NCBI RefSeq assembly: GCF_964355755.1
Contig: NC_092675.1
Span: 15,286,912 to 15,350,911 of the forward strand
Source: Antedon mediterranea
Taxonomy: Eukaryota; Animalia; Echinodermata
Direction of reading: 5' to 3'
DNA length: 64,000 nt
Both the position numbers and the translations under genes were made by a program. Positions 26,601 through 41,600 of the stretch are shown here, in pieces (the first letter of the stretch is position 1; every line of letters starts with the position of its first letter). The notes under the pieces were generated by a model. The model was given only the letters and a program-made list of their open reading frames with translations, searched no databases and had not been told where the DNA came from.

Positions 26601-29600
26601 GTAATTTTATGATCCAATCTCAATAATCTTGATATCAATGTGTAGAATATATATATCTAATATGCAATTTTACAAAAATAATACAACAATTGATTTTTAA
26701 CTGCAATGTTGTATGCCATAATTGTGGATGCATTTCATCAAAATTGTGTTTTTTCTGTGCCTATCACCAATGGAAAAATGATACTAACTAGAAGAAGAAG
26801 CCTATTATCTATGGTTTTATAATGATATCTAAATAAATCTGTAGAGTATATTATAATTATTTTCCTACTAATATATGCATTAAAAAACAATTAATACAAC
26901 AGTTATTTACGTAACTAGGTCAAAGGTCAAAATGATTAACTGCAATATCTTTTGCCATATTATGGATGCATTTATATTAATGAAAATTGTGTTCCTTCTG
27001 TACCTATCGTCATATGAAATAGGAAAAATGTATTTTGAATTAATGATGTATTATATTATTGAAAATACTTTTTGATCAAATGTTATGAACAACAGGTAGT
27101 GTAGTAGTAGGTTTAGGTAGTGGGTAACATTTATGCCTGCCAATAATATCTAAATACTGTAACTACCAATGTGTATAATATATATTTCCTACTTTAACAG
27201 TTGTTATGTAACTATAGAGGTCATAATGTCATTGACCTTTTACAAAAACTCAATTTTTCTTAAAATAACATAAAACTAATTTTGGATATATTTAGTTCAA
27301 ATAATGTTTTTCCTGTACCTATCATAAAAAAAAACAGAAAAATGATGCTAGCTAGAAGAACATTGAAATTCATTACCATACCGGTAATGAATTTCAATGT
27401 TCTTCTACTATGTTACATTTTTCTGTTTTTATTTATTTATTGTTGTTCATTAATGAGTCTTGATAATTTGGAATCAACAATTGTTGTTGGGGTTGATTTA
27501 CTATAGCCTATAGATTGTTTAATTATTCAAATAGAAAAGGACTCAGAACTTGTCATGTCATCAGTATCACTTTCTTGTTCAGGTAGATTCACATTAGTAC
27601 ATTCACCACATGCAGGTCTAGTTATACCTGGTCGGCTTCAAGGAGATATTCAAGTGCTGGCTTAGGTCTGTGTGTAGAGGAACCATGTTTCCATGACTGA
27701 TCTTCCATCCTCAATCCTCAGTACCCATATAAATTCCACTCCATTGCCGAACATGATGTTAAGTACGTTGGTTGTGGTATTAAGTTTTTTTTTATTGTAG
27801 TATTGTCCGGCCTGTGTGGACTACTTGTTTGACCCACTTACAAATCAATGCTATTGAACAAATTCAGAGAAGGGCTTTTAGAGTTATACTCCCATGGTTT
27901 TCGTTCAATGAGGCACTTTTTTTTAAATATAATCCTTTGCTTGAGGACCGACGTACCTGACTGTGCAAGGAATACTTTCGAAAACTGAAATTCCTAGCCA
28001 TATTCTCCACAACCTACTTCCACAACCTCGTTATGTACCATATAAATTTAGATCAGTCAATGAATTTCCTCTACCAAAATGCAATACAAATAATTAAAGA
28101 ACTTCATTATTAACCTTGCACAATCGGGTACTAAGATTTATACTTTAGATTTATATTGATTGTTTCCCTTATTTATAACTTATATAATTCCTAATTTTGT
28201 ATATATTTTCTTAATTTGTTGAATTTTTCAACTTCAATTTGTATTTCAATTTTTGTTTTATAAATTGCAATAAAGTTTTTATCTATCTACTAAAGTGATG
28301 TTGGCGATATTAAAGGTTGTACTTGTAGAAAGGATGGAGTCAAAGGCATTCCACGTTTATCTAGGTCGTCCATTGTACAGACAAACATTTTTTCTAGCTA
28401 CCACGATGTCATCCTTTATGGCTAGTCTGCATCTGAAGACTACAACCTATTTTCAAAAATATGTGTATGACAAGCTTTTTTTGTTTTCCAATTTCGAAGA
28501 CTCTGGATGTTGTGTCACCATTATTGCTGAACAAACCCATACGCCTCCAAAATACTGTTTGAACCAGTTTGATATTCCAGCATCTCAGTTTCAATCTAAA
28601 GAATATCACAAGAGGTTTTCAATGTTTGACTGAAGCCCTAGTAGATCTGTGTCATCTTCGATAATGACAGGTGTTTGCTGTTTTAATGGTTTTTTGAGAA
28701 GAACATCTGCATCAGCAGCTGCATGTAATACCTCATTGTCATGTTGTTCAAAATGCTAATTATGAAGACTTATAAATTGTTATTTATTACATAAAGTGAT
28801 CCTTTTTTGTGAAACATATCATGTCATTGGTAAAATGTACAGGACACTCCACCTGACCCACTTACCATGTGCGCCATCTTTAGTGGATTGGCCACTGTTA
28901 TAACCATCAAAGACTATGATGGCAGAGCAATCTTTTTTGCAGATTACATCATAAGTCTCAATTCCATGAAATTCTGTGCAGTAGAGTACCACCATCTAGG
29001 ATGTAGGCCTCTGGACATCATTCAGTGAGTTAATGTATTAGACTATTTAGAAGGAAGTTATCATGTTGATTTATTGGCTGCAAGTAGTACGTTGATAGTA
29101 TTGCTGGTGGATAACAAAGTCTATGTGCAAGGCGCTGGAACAGTAGGATCGCTGCACACAGTCTCATTGTCTGTATGTACAGATGAATTTATTTACTTTA
29201 TCCTGAATACATTGCAAGACCTTCTGGCCTAAACACCATCCAAAATATTCAATGCTTAATACCACATTGTCAATATTAACCTATTGTGTCAATAGACTTT
29301 ACAAAACGTATGCCATTATTTCTAGTCGTTTTTCGAAAACGGTAAAATGCCAACTTTATCGTCCTAAAAAAAGTAAGATGGTGGAATTTTTGCTAAGCTC
29401 CGCCACTTTGTTAAAGCTCATGCATACATTTATTCATGATCACTGTCCTATGGCTTCCCGTCCTGTTTCGTAAAGTTCCTAATAATGCTATGAAGACTCC
29501 GAGTCATAACCAAATGGATTGTTCAACGCCCTGATACTCTTGCAAGGCATTACATTCATATCAGGGAAGATTTGGTCTGGAAGTATTCATTCATCTACCT

Positions 29601-32600
29601 CTTGTCAAACCTCTGGTTGTCTTCAATTCAAGGCTTCTCATACAGGTAGCAACCTTTTCAATCACCAGGTGTGTTGACAATCTAGTCCAGTCCGAATGTC
29701 ATAAAACATGGAGGCCATTATCAAACTGCTGTTGAACATCTTTGTATTTCTACTGGTAAAACTTACAAAATCGTTAAAATATTATACATACATCCCAATA
29801 TAAATTATATAACCATGGCAACAAACATGCCATCTGAAAAAAAAACTGGAATGTAGATCTTCCACAACTGAAATGTTCACTCCCATGTATGTTTTACAGC
29901 AAAAACTTTTAGCCAAAATTTGTGTTTTTGAAAATGACATGAAACACACTTGAATATAATGTATTTCAAATACTAGTTCAATATATTATATGTAATAATG
30001 TACGTATATTTTTTGCCTGTTGTGTTTATAATATATGTATATATAGGTCCATATTAATTTTAACTTAGAATTACCTTTGATTTTCGGTGACATTTTTTTA
30101 CACTTTATATGGAATTCAAAAGTATTGTTTTGTTACTATTGCAAATTGTGGTGGGTATATCATTAAATTGACTGGACTAATTGCATTATAGATTCTCTTG
30201 TTCCATAAACAAGTGCAGATTCTTTGTTAGAACGTCTAAAGACAACAATTATATATATAATATTTGTCATTCTTTCTTAACAGTGGCACTGAAAAACAGC
30301 ATGTGGCTGATGACTACGCTAAGAGATTGGCTATTGGTTCAAGTCACTGTCAGGTATGCCAGAAGGAAGATGCTTTGTTTTATTTTTCATCCACAACTGA
30401 AATGTTCACCCCATGGGTATCCCAGTATGTTTTATAGCGAAAACAACATTTTTAGCCAAAAATTGACAAAACATCCTTAATTTCAATATTATAATATACG
30501 ATGAAATGGAATCTGCTTTTCACACCAGAAACAATGCTCTTCTATAGCAAGTTTCCATTCACTATTGTTCTTGAGAAACAATGCTCTGCTATAGCTAGTT
30601 TCAATCCCTCCCACTGTGTGAACTTGCCATTGTTTCTGGCTTTCACACCAGTCCCACCCTTTCCACTTATATTCCAAGTTTCCTGGACTTTCTGCATTCT
30701 CACTCCTGAGGACGATCAAAGTATATTGATCGAAACATAGAGAAACTCAACAGAACTAATACATGTGGTGTACCGCAAACTTTATATCAACAATATCCTT
30801 TATAATGTTATTGAATTTCAGGGCTGGAAAAGAATATTTGTAAACTGAAAGACTGCAGCATAAAAAACAGCAGTCAGCAATACTGTGTACAATGTAACAA
30901 TTCTTGCTGGGGTTTCCTATAATTTAAGACCAAATCATAATCATCAAATCATTGTGCGTAGTTTTGTATTTGTTTTGTAATTATTGACATTCAAAACTTT
31001 GAAATAACAGTGTTTTTGCTTCTTTCTGGAAATTTCTTATTATATTTTTTTTCAATTTTGGAGTGTGGTTTAACCAACAGTGTTGTACAGTTTATAGTGG
31101 ATAAATGAAAATTAATATTGGAAATTGTGGTTTTACCGACAAGTTTAGCACTTTCAAAATAATAAAATTTAACGTTTTATTTTAGCAGCAGCTTCATTTT
31201 GTCCAACTTTTTAAAATTATTAATTGATAAAATAATAATTAATTTGCATTAATTGATTGTAATTATTAGAATTTATTACCATACCGGAAGTACCTTTATT
31301 GGGATTTCCCACCGACGTTCGTATTGAACGCAAAAAATGTTATCCAATTGTTAGTCATGTGTGTTTTATCAGCGGAAAATAAAGGCTACAATCGTATTGC
31401 TGTTTGCTAGAGTGTCATTTCTGGTGAGCTAGAGGTGCCATTTAACATAAATTTTACATGCAAAGGTATTATTTCCAGCCATCTAGGGGTGTCATTGAAC
31501 AAATTTTGCTTCGCCACAGGTCCCAGCATGCGGCTCAAATACTTGGTGTCTACAGCCCTAGACTCTTGGAACACCTCCTTAAAATGCCCCTGCGATTGCC
31601 CCTGACTACTAAGTTGTGAATCTTCAAGAGAGGCCTACATTATGCCACGTTATGATAGCAGAATCATGAATAATGCATGCACATAATAATTATCTATGAT
31701 AAAGATAGCTATTAATCTCTCTGAACTATTAAAAAATCAGATCATTACCAATTCTGATTAGTAAGGGTAAGGTAATGGTTAACTTGTTTTCTTGTTTTAT
31801 ACACCAATTCATTTTTTTTTTTTATGTTATAGAATTTAGTAAATGTATCTCTGGGATCATTTTTGTCGGCAACATCACCTCCATCTTTTACCTTTTGTAC
31901 TTTGCTGAACATCAGTGTTTGTCCAGTAACAGAAGATTCCAAATCAGTAAGTACAATAAACTACTCAAATTGAAAGCTAATTTGGAAGTGCTGTAATCTG
32001 TGTTTATTTTTTAAATTATATTATATAAATTAAACTTAGAAGTAAAGCTGCTTTCACATCGCGCCCGGATTCATTCCGGTGGCCTGAGAAAATGATCGTG
32101 GAAAATGGGTTCAGTTGTAAAGCATAAGGTCATTCACACCAAATTTGTACGATTTGAATCCGTACCTGATTCGGGTTCCGAATTCGTACCGATGGATCAC
32201 GAAGCCATTCCTTTGCTTTTTTTCTTTCGACCAACAAAAAGCGAGCATGAATGACCTTTTTTGTGAGGCGAGAGTTGTCTGCTCTCTTTTTCCGCGCCCC
32301 GATCATAAAATCAATGTGCGACATGAATTTTGGTTTTCTGTATCTAAAAGGTAGGCCTAGGCCCTATGCTTATAAATTAAATTTAACAAGGAAACTGCAA
32401 ATAGAATTATTAGGCCTAGGTAGGGTCAGGCTACTACTAGGCCCTGGCTACTTGTTAATACAGTAATGGATGTCTTTATTAATAATTTTGTAAGCTGTAA
32501 TTAATAGGCAACCTAGCCTGCTATTACTACCTAGGACTAGGCTGGGTGGCCAGAGAGGCTAGATAGTATTAGTAATAGTAGTCTATTACATGAGTAGATT

Positions 32601-35600
32601 CAAGTTGGCTTCAATTTTAAATGCATTTTATTTATAATTTATTTTTATTATGTCAACTGTTATTTTTTCATGTCTAATTATTATTGTATTTTAATCTTAC
32701 TTCTTGGGTCTTAGGTTTTGTGATCTTAGGTCTTATGGGGTCTTTGCTTTCGTGATCTTGGGTTTCATGACACCCGGATAGACCACCTTTGTTAAATAAA
32801 ATGATAAGCCTGCTTATTTAAATTATTTCTAGCCTAGGTCTAGTGTCTTTGATTAATCAACTGTTTTTTATTCTTTCATTTTTGGTTTAATCGGCCTTGG
32901 CCTATAGGCTAATTCAGGCTATACAGAAGAAGCCAAGATGAGTACCTACCCTAGTGCCTATTTTTCATAAGTGACAGGGGATTAATGTTTTTCTCCATTC
33001 AGTCTTCAGCTTATCCAAACTGAGTTTAACAAAAGACAAGTGTGTTTGTTAATGAAGTAATTGAGTATTAAGTAAAAATTTGTCAGGATTCACTTCAAGA
33101 TCCTCTCTGACTAAAGTTTCGAACTGACCATGCGTCTTTCTTTTTTTATTGACAATGTTGACCCATTGTCATTCGCGTTTTTTGTTTAGCCAAAGGCTTA
33201 GCATTGCAAGATCATCGCTAAAACGTTGTCAACGATTTCCATTGCAAATTGCAATGTTCGTTCCACTTGGTTAATTTCAAAATAAATGTATATGACACGA
33301 ACAACCGAATTTGTGCTCAATCTGGGCGTGATATGAATGCAGCTTTAAGTGGACTAATTAGATGATCTACTCAAACAAAGAAACAGAAGAAAAAACCCAA
33401 ACAATTGCACCACTCGGAATGGAACAGCACATTTAACATAAAAGTTAAATATGTTTACATAGAAGTTGCCGTGTTTATTTAAAAGTTATTATTTATGCAT
33501 TATAAGCTTTAAAAAAAGAGAAAGAATAAAGAAAAATAAATTGAAAGCATATAATAATAGGTGCTGCATGTCACCATGAAAATCATGAATGAACAATTTA
33601 GACCGAAGGTCTAGCTTCTGTCTTAGGTCAGGGCTTATACGGAGTAAATACTAGCTCCAGTGTGGTACTTATGTGACTTAAGTGTCAACAATCAACTGTT
33701 ATTACCCAACGCAATTCAAATAATATAGAAATATACTACTGCTTATTATTCTGATACTGTGGATTTACAACACCAAGTTATCTTTTCGAATGTCCAAGTG
33801 TCAGCTACAGTTCCACACGCTAGCCGTCTCTTCTTCCAGTGGTTAACATGGTTAAAATGGCTGTGGCTTCCAGACTTCCTCCTGTTGTACAATTTACATG
33901 TTAAGTGTAACCTCGTGTACTTGAACGTAGATGACACTATATTTAAATCAGACATATATAAACAATACTAACAAATGCTATGGTGAACTATCATAAGAAA
34001 CATACATTTTTATCAAGCGACTATTAGGTATAACTTATATACTCACAATGTCCACTGCCAAAGACTGCTTAGGCTATCATAGGAGACGACGAAGTTCATG
34101 CACGTTCAGCTGGGAGCCTTGTCGGAAGTTTCAATCCGCGATACTGCGCTCACCCCAGTCCGTCGGTTTATAACTGAACTACAATAATATGAGCATCATG
34201 GTTCTACCAATTCTTATAAAAGGCCAGGCTTTATACAGTTAGGTGCAACCAATGCACACTGCGCCCCACGATAAATAAGCTCTAAACAATCACTCCTATA
34301 TGTCCCGCACAATTGGCTGGGGGAATTTATGACTCAATGCAGTGATGTCGAGAGATTTCGCAAGCCACGCTAGACGACGCTTCGCCTCACCGGGCAAGCG
34401 ATATGCAAATTTTGCCACCGCAACAATACCTTGACATATTCTAGGGTCCTATACCTACCACTCTAGAGAGGGCGCTATACTAGACTATAGTTTTCAAATG
34501 TGACACTGCACTCACCGATAAGTGGTTTATCACCTAATATATATTACACAATCATTTTTCTTTGTATTTTTAAAATACAGTTTGCTGTTGTGGTTTATAA
34601 TCCAATTGGACGAGTAGTGACGCAATTTGTACGTTTTCCAGTCAATGGTGATAATTTCCTTGTTGAAGGCCCCGATGGAAATCCAATCACAAGTATAGTA
34701 AGTTTTATAATAATAAAAAACAATCTAAAATTCCTATTCTCATATTTATTTTATCTTGACACATAAAACGTTACCTCTTCACCTTCAATATGATCAATAA
34801 TGAACAAAGGTAAAAGGTATTAATATTTGTCCTCAAACTGAGGAAATTCAGATTAGGCCCTCCACGGACCCACAGCAGCCAGCAGTGCAGCACCTACCAG
34901 AAATACACACCATTAGACGATCCCCTATTCTTTGCGAATAGTGTACCAAGTTCAACAGAATTACAGATAATGAATTAAGTTATTCTACCAAATCTTTCAT
35001 TATTATTTTTTAAATGCATTGTTTTTCTTTTATTGTGATTTAATGTTCCTTTGGCTTGGTTATTAGGGAGTTTTCGCAATCTTACAAATACGATAACGAA
35101 AACGGATACGTATTCGTTTTTGGTAAGCCAGTAAAAATCTGTTTCGCATGGCAACGAAATATTGAGGCCGCCGTCCAAAATATGACTGCGGTAAATTCGA
35201 GCAAAGCGCAGGTACGTGTTGCTTGGTGCTTGGTTGCCTAGGCCTAGCGTAACATCAAAGCGAGTGAGGACTTTAAAAACTGCTATTTATCAAAACTGAC
35301 CTGGCATTTTAGTAAATTACTTTAATAAATTACTTTCAATAAAAGTATAATTATATTATAATCATGAATCATTCCTGATTCAAATGCAAAAATGTGCAAA
35401 ATAGATCAAAAACTATACTCGTTTTGTAGTCACGAATATGACTGGTGATATTCGTCAACACGAATACGCTTCACGAATATGAAATGGGGATCAGCTCAAA
35501 AGTTTCACAAATGTGTGACGTATTCGTTTTCATTATCGTATTCGTAAGGTTGCGAAAACTCCCTATTAAGACTAGTAATTTACTGTTATGTTTACTTCAA

Positions 35601-38600
35601 AAGTTGGAAAAAAACTTTTTTACATTCTAAAAGCTAAATTGGAATTCATTTTTTACATAATTGTTAGAAATTCGTGTTTTTTTTCTCTTAAGTTTAGCTG
35701 TAACTTATTAATTATGCTTTCAGATTTCAATTGTATCTGCATCAACAAAAGCTGTAAGGCGTAGCAGGGGGACAGCTACACATGAGTTAGTATTTATGGC
35801 AACAGTTCCTGCTCTTGGCTACAATACCTATATGGTATATAGGGCAAAGTGTAAGAATTTTATTATTTAAGAGTGCTTGTCACCAAAAATCAGACATATT
35901 CGTAATTTAGTGGCAAGGGTCAAAATTTCGAATTGGCTCATATTTTGCACATTGGTAGACCTTGATGTAAGTAAACCTGATGTATAGTTTGTTTGGTAAA
36001 ATATCGCTTAGTTTTCGAGAAAATCGAAAAATAACGATTTTCGGCCAATTTTGTTAATTTTTGGTGTATAATCTACATTAAGTGTAACAGCCTCTGGAAG
36101 CCAAATTTTGCAACCTAGCGTTTTAATATTTTACACTTACGTTAACTACCATCTTGACAATAACTTAGTAAAGTTTCAAAAAATTATATGAAATTCTAAT
36201 ATTTTTACTAATTAATTACTAATTAGCATATATAAAACTCTTAAAAAGTAGGGTAAAAACAAACGCGTTTTTTTTCATGTGCGACAAATTTTTTTTAAAT
36301 AAGAAAATCGTCAATCTACTGTTTAGATACTAATATTTATGAATCAAGTAAAAACAATTTGGGGAAACTATTTTCCGCTCCGCGCCAGAGCCACAAAGTT
36401 GTAAGAAATTCAAAGATTTTATCTGTCGGCAAGATCAATCAGATGTACCTATTGTTCTCTATTTACAGATTTAAGGTAAATTTTACTACGAGAAACAAAC
36501 TTTAAAGGTAAACTGAAAGGTCCTGAATAATTTGGAATTACGTTTTAATATAAAAACATCTAAAAATAAATTTCTAGTCAAATTTAAACGACTGACCCAT
36601 GAAATTAAGCAATTACTATCTGAGCTCAATATTATTACTCGCTAGCTTCATCACCTGTTATATTTTCCACTAGGTGAATTTATTCTTATTATTATTATAA
36701 TATAATAATAATAATATTATTATTTTTTGCACTATACGCGCGCATGCGCAGTTTATTTTTGATTATTATTGATTTGCGCGAATAATTTCGCCTAGTGGAA
36801 AACAGGCTGATAATGTTCTTATCTTCTCATATAGGGAGTATTCGCACAAGCACGTTAACGTTATTTTCCAAGCTCCGCCCACTTTGTAAACAACTTGCTG
36901 TGCGTGCGCAAGCATTACGAAAAACTTTAGTTACGTGCGTCGAGAACCTTATTTTTAAAAAATAGCGTAAATGAAAACGTTAACCAAAACATGATTAAAC
37001 ATGCCTGGCTAGGCTTAGTCTCTATAAACCCAAGGTATTCCATGATTTGTTTTAATACGTGTGGCGTATGTTGCGTGTGCTACACATGCGTTGCGTTCTA
37101 CACTTCCCGTCGAAGCGCGAAATCAAAACGAGCAAGTACGTTAACGCAAATGTTCACTGAACTCTGTTGTTATGCAAATGAGTAGAATGGTGACATCCGA
37201 TAACGTTCATGTGCTCGTGCGAAATTTCATAATAATTCGTAGCCTAAACAATAAATTGTTTGTAAACTTGTAAACCATTGTTTCATCCCTTCGCTTTATT
37301 AAAAATTTACAGAATCGTCCCACATATTAAATTGTTATTTTAAAGAATTCTTACAGACATAGTTTTACCTTCATTGCTACCTTAATCACTCGAGCAACTG
37401 CACATGGAAACCATCTTTCCCAACAAATCAATGTATGGCTTCTTGCGCTTTATGGTTATATCTGTGGTATCAAGTTCAAGAGAAGTACACATTTCTTGCA
37501 ACATTGGCAAAGAGAATCTGGAGAGTTTTTCTTGAGCTTTCAGTTCACAAATATTATGCATTCAAACATTATTGGATGCTGCAAGCCTATTGTGTCCAGT
37601 ACGGTTTGCGACAAAAGTTGAATTTCTCTTTCCTTTTCCGTTTTTGAATCGTCTCCATTTTCTTCGACTTCGTCACCATCTTCATTACTATCGTAATCAT
37701 CATCTTCGTCATCATCATCATCATGAACGGCTGCATCTGTCCTCCTTTTTTTAGCCAAGTGTGAGAAAAAACTTGCAATCTGCTGTTAAAAATTCAGTCT
37801 TGCTACTAAATAGATGTGAACCATCGCTGTGCCTGGCCGATCTCATCTCTCGTGAGACATCACATGGATCAGCTTTCTGTCCCGTCTGCTCTCCAGCGTC
37901 AAAAACATGAATAAGGTAGGTTTTCTGTGGTACAGAAAATCGGGGTTTTTTTGCAGAGGACTTTAACGCCCAGCCCATTTGCAGTTTGGGGCCAATGTCA
38001 AACCGTGGCAAATCGTTGGTTCTTGTTGGTTCTGGATTTTTAGAAGTACCCTCTTCTAGTTGTGTTGATTAATTTCATTGCCCTGTCATAAAGTGTTTCA
38101 TGTTCTAGTGCGTTCTTGTGATTTTCATAATCTAAGTGTTTCTCTAGGGAAGAGTACCTCTGATATGACCTAATGCAACCTTGTTCGCGACAAAAGAACA
38201 GTTTGCTGAGGGTGCCAGGACTTTCTTCTCTTTCTATTTGTTTGTTGTCATTTATATCAGCTTGTTCTTCATGAGATGTCTTGGCTTGTATTCTTGCTTT
38301 TACTGCAATAGATGATACTTGATTTATTTTAATCAGACGTTGTATCTTAGTTATGAATTAAATTGGGTAGCTTCGAAGGCACACAGAATTTACTCAAAAG
38401 TAGATTTTGTCCTGCACCAACACCATACGGCATCCACACCTTCATGGACCTGCTTCCATACTCTATGTTGTTGATGTGACTCACGCCTTTTATTTCCATT
38501 TCCCTGCTGCACAAATAGTACCACTCACTATCGATGCCCGTAAACCATGTATCTGTGTGCAGCGATTTCCTTCTGGCATGCTTGTAAAGGTAGGACTTCA

Positions 38601-41600
38601 GTGCTCTGTTTGCGGTCTTTTCTATCGAATCCACAAGCTCCGCCGACAACCGATTTAAAAGAACATGAAATCTCCATTAAAGCCATCAGACAATAATTAT
38701 ATATAAGAATTATTTTCAACACGTCTTTACATTGTAAGACATAAACTAAAATGGATAACAGATCTGTTCCGTTGTCAACGTCAATGAAGATATCGTTATC
38801 TATCGAATATACCCAGTAAAGTGTTTTGTCTACTGTGGTTAATGTTTTGAAACATTCTCGTTGAGTAAGTTCGACCAGGTTCGACAAACAGGAAAACGAT
38901 AACAAGTTAAAACAAATTTGTTTTTCAGTTTTATCCTATAAACTATGAGAGGATGGAATAATTTATAATAATGTGGTTTGACAAAGAATAAGCGAGTGAT
39001 TTTTAGTTAATTGCTTAATTTCGTATATTGGTTAGTAATTGAAATTTTACCAGAAACGTATTTTTAGTTTGTGTTTAAATTGCAACTTAATTCAAAATTT
39101 ATCTTTCAAGTTTGTTTCTCGTAATAAAAGTTTGGCTTAACTCGACTTAGATTGCTAAATAGAGAACAATAGGTACATCTGATTGATCTTGCCGACAGAT
39201 AAAATCTTTGAATTTCTTACAACTTTGTGGCTCTGGCGCGGAGTGCAAAATAGTTTCTCCAAATTTTTTTTACTTGATTCATAAATATTAGTATCTAAAC
39301 TTTAGATTGATGACTTTTTTATTTTACAAAAATTCGTCGCACATGAAAAAAAAACCGTTTGTTTTTACCCTACTTTTTAAGAGTTTTATATATGCTAATT
39401 AGTAATTAATTAGTCAAAATCTTAAAATTTCATCAAATTTTTTGAAACTTTACTAAATTATTGTCAAGATGCTAGTTAACGCAAGTGTAAAATATTAAAA
39501 CGCTAGGTTGCTACGTTTTGCTTCCAGAGGCTGTTAAACTTAATGTAAATTATACACCAAAAATTAACAAAATTGGCCGAAAATCGTTATTTTTCGATTT
39601 TCTCGAAAACTAAGCGATATTTTACCAAACAATCTACACATCAGGTTTACTTAGATCAAGGTCTACCAATGTGCAAAATATGAGCCAATTCGAAATTTTG
39701 ACCCTTGCCACCTAATGTTTGATTTTTAGTGACTGGCTCTCTTAATATTTTGTTATGGTGGCTTCTAGAACCCAGTTCCTGCATACCATTTTGAAAGCCA
39801 AAATTAATTAAATCTGTCATTGTAGTTACACAGAAGTTTCAAGAAATGGTATTTAGCAAGCCTATGAGAGAAAAAGCACTGTCAACATCTCCCATTGTCA
39901 TCGAAAATGAAGTAAGTTTACATTTAAGATAAACATTTAATTATAAATTATTCAAGCATAACAGTACAAAATACAGAAGAAAAAAATGGAAATCAATCTT
40001 TGAATATGGTTCCAACTATAATGTATTAAAAGAATTAATATGGTTTAATGATTCAATTGTAATAAATAATTCTCCAATTTTCTTCAATTATTATGAGAGT
40101 GGTGTATTAAGGTTCTAAATTATCTAATGTCAGATTGAGAAACCTTGCTTAGTTACAAAAACTTTAAACAACTCTATAATTACCGTATATTTCGGTGTAT
40201 AAGTCGCACCTGTGTATAAGACGCACCCCCTAACAGAGAGTAAAATATCGGTATTTTTTATATCGTCGATGTATAAGACGCACATTATATTTCGTAAAAA
40301 CAATTTTTTTAAAAATTGTAATCAATATTATTGTAATAATCATTTTGTTATATCTACAACGGCGTCCTTTATTTAGGTTTTTTCTTACCTAGGCTCGGCC
40401 GCGCCCAGCCTCAACAAGTTCTTTCTAACTTGTTATTCATGAGTTTCGCACCCGCAACATCGAGTCCATGTTTGCGTGTGTAACACGTACGTGTGTGTGG
40501 GCTAGCCTTAATTTAATCAAAAGTGCGACTTATACACCGAAATATACGATAATTGATTAATTGATGCAATTACAACTAGATATCCTTTGGGTACAGCAAT
40601 AAGTACTAAACTAGAATTAATTTGTCACTATGACAAATTATATAGGTTATATGCATTGATTTAAATAAAGATAATTGATTTTTAAAACATATATTGATTG
40701 ATTTTCTCAGAATCTTTAATTATTTATAATATATGATAGGATCTTGCTAACGCAAATACAATAGCCGGTATCACAATCCGACCAAAGATCCTTCTGCGTA
40801 TAATGTCAAATTATGAGTGAGTGAGTGAGTGGCCGAGCGGTTAAGACAGTGGAACCGTAATTACGTAGCCATAACATCGGCAGGAGTTCGAAGCTCACTC
40901 ACTCCATGGTTCTGGTGGTAGAACGAGTCTTCTCGGATAAGGACTATAAACCAGAGGTCCAGTGTACACATCTAGCTCGTGTGCACTTTAAAGAACCTAG
41001 TACATCTTTCGAGACGAGTAGGGGGTTGCCCCGGTGTATTAGTACATCACAGCCACTGATCACCAACTGGGCCCTCTGGGAGACCAGTCTTTGACTGAAG
41101 AGGTTACCCAGTATAAATATATATTTCAATTCAATTTCAAATACCACATTTGTTACATAATAATAAAGACATAAGTTACTTTTTATCTAGATTTCCTTAT
41201 AAATCAGTGTATAATCTATACACTAAGAAATAAAATTGAACAAACAATACGGATAATAAAAAAAATATCCTTATTTCGTTTCGTTTCCCAAGGTGAGGCT
41301 CGATGTCGGTACCTTGAATGCCATAGACACGAGCACAGACCACCGAGCCATACACAACTGACTAAAAGATGTATCTGAAAGTGAACTGCTTTTCAGTATT
41401 ACACAATCAAACAAGATTAATTTACTTTTGTCGATACTGAAATGTTATATACAAGAGTAAGTTCTTCTCCTCTTCTCACCCACCGGCCTAATAAGTTTGT
41501 AAAAGATTAACTTTATAATTAAAAAGTATTAGCTGTATGATAAATAATAGAGCTGAGGAATGGAAAGAGTGGAGTGCCTGGGATAACCTTCAGTAATCAA

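Larger units (their letters stand above)
35871..39741 (-). mobile_element. Sola3-like DNA transposon with internally deleted, decayed transposase
   Basis: TTAA|GAG...CTC|TTAA; ~750-bp TIRs; - strand remnant (~37400-38650) with [32 protein letters not shown]. Confidence 0.85.

Noticed and set aside
34459-34478. CTCF-like motif ccactctagagagggcgcta
   Set aside because: Imperfect single match within repeat-like sequence; cannot be supported without data.
37435-37778. Short poly-Asp / poly-His / poly-Met ORFs
   Set aside because: Different frames of a (CAT)n-rich acidic tail of the decayed Sola3 transposase.
40819-40906. Functional tRNA gene
   Set aside because: The A/B boxes run into a SINE core and tandem tail, and I could not build a convincing anticodon arm.
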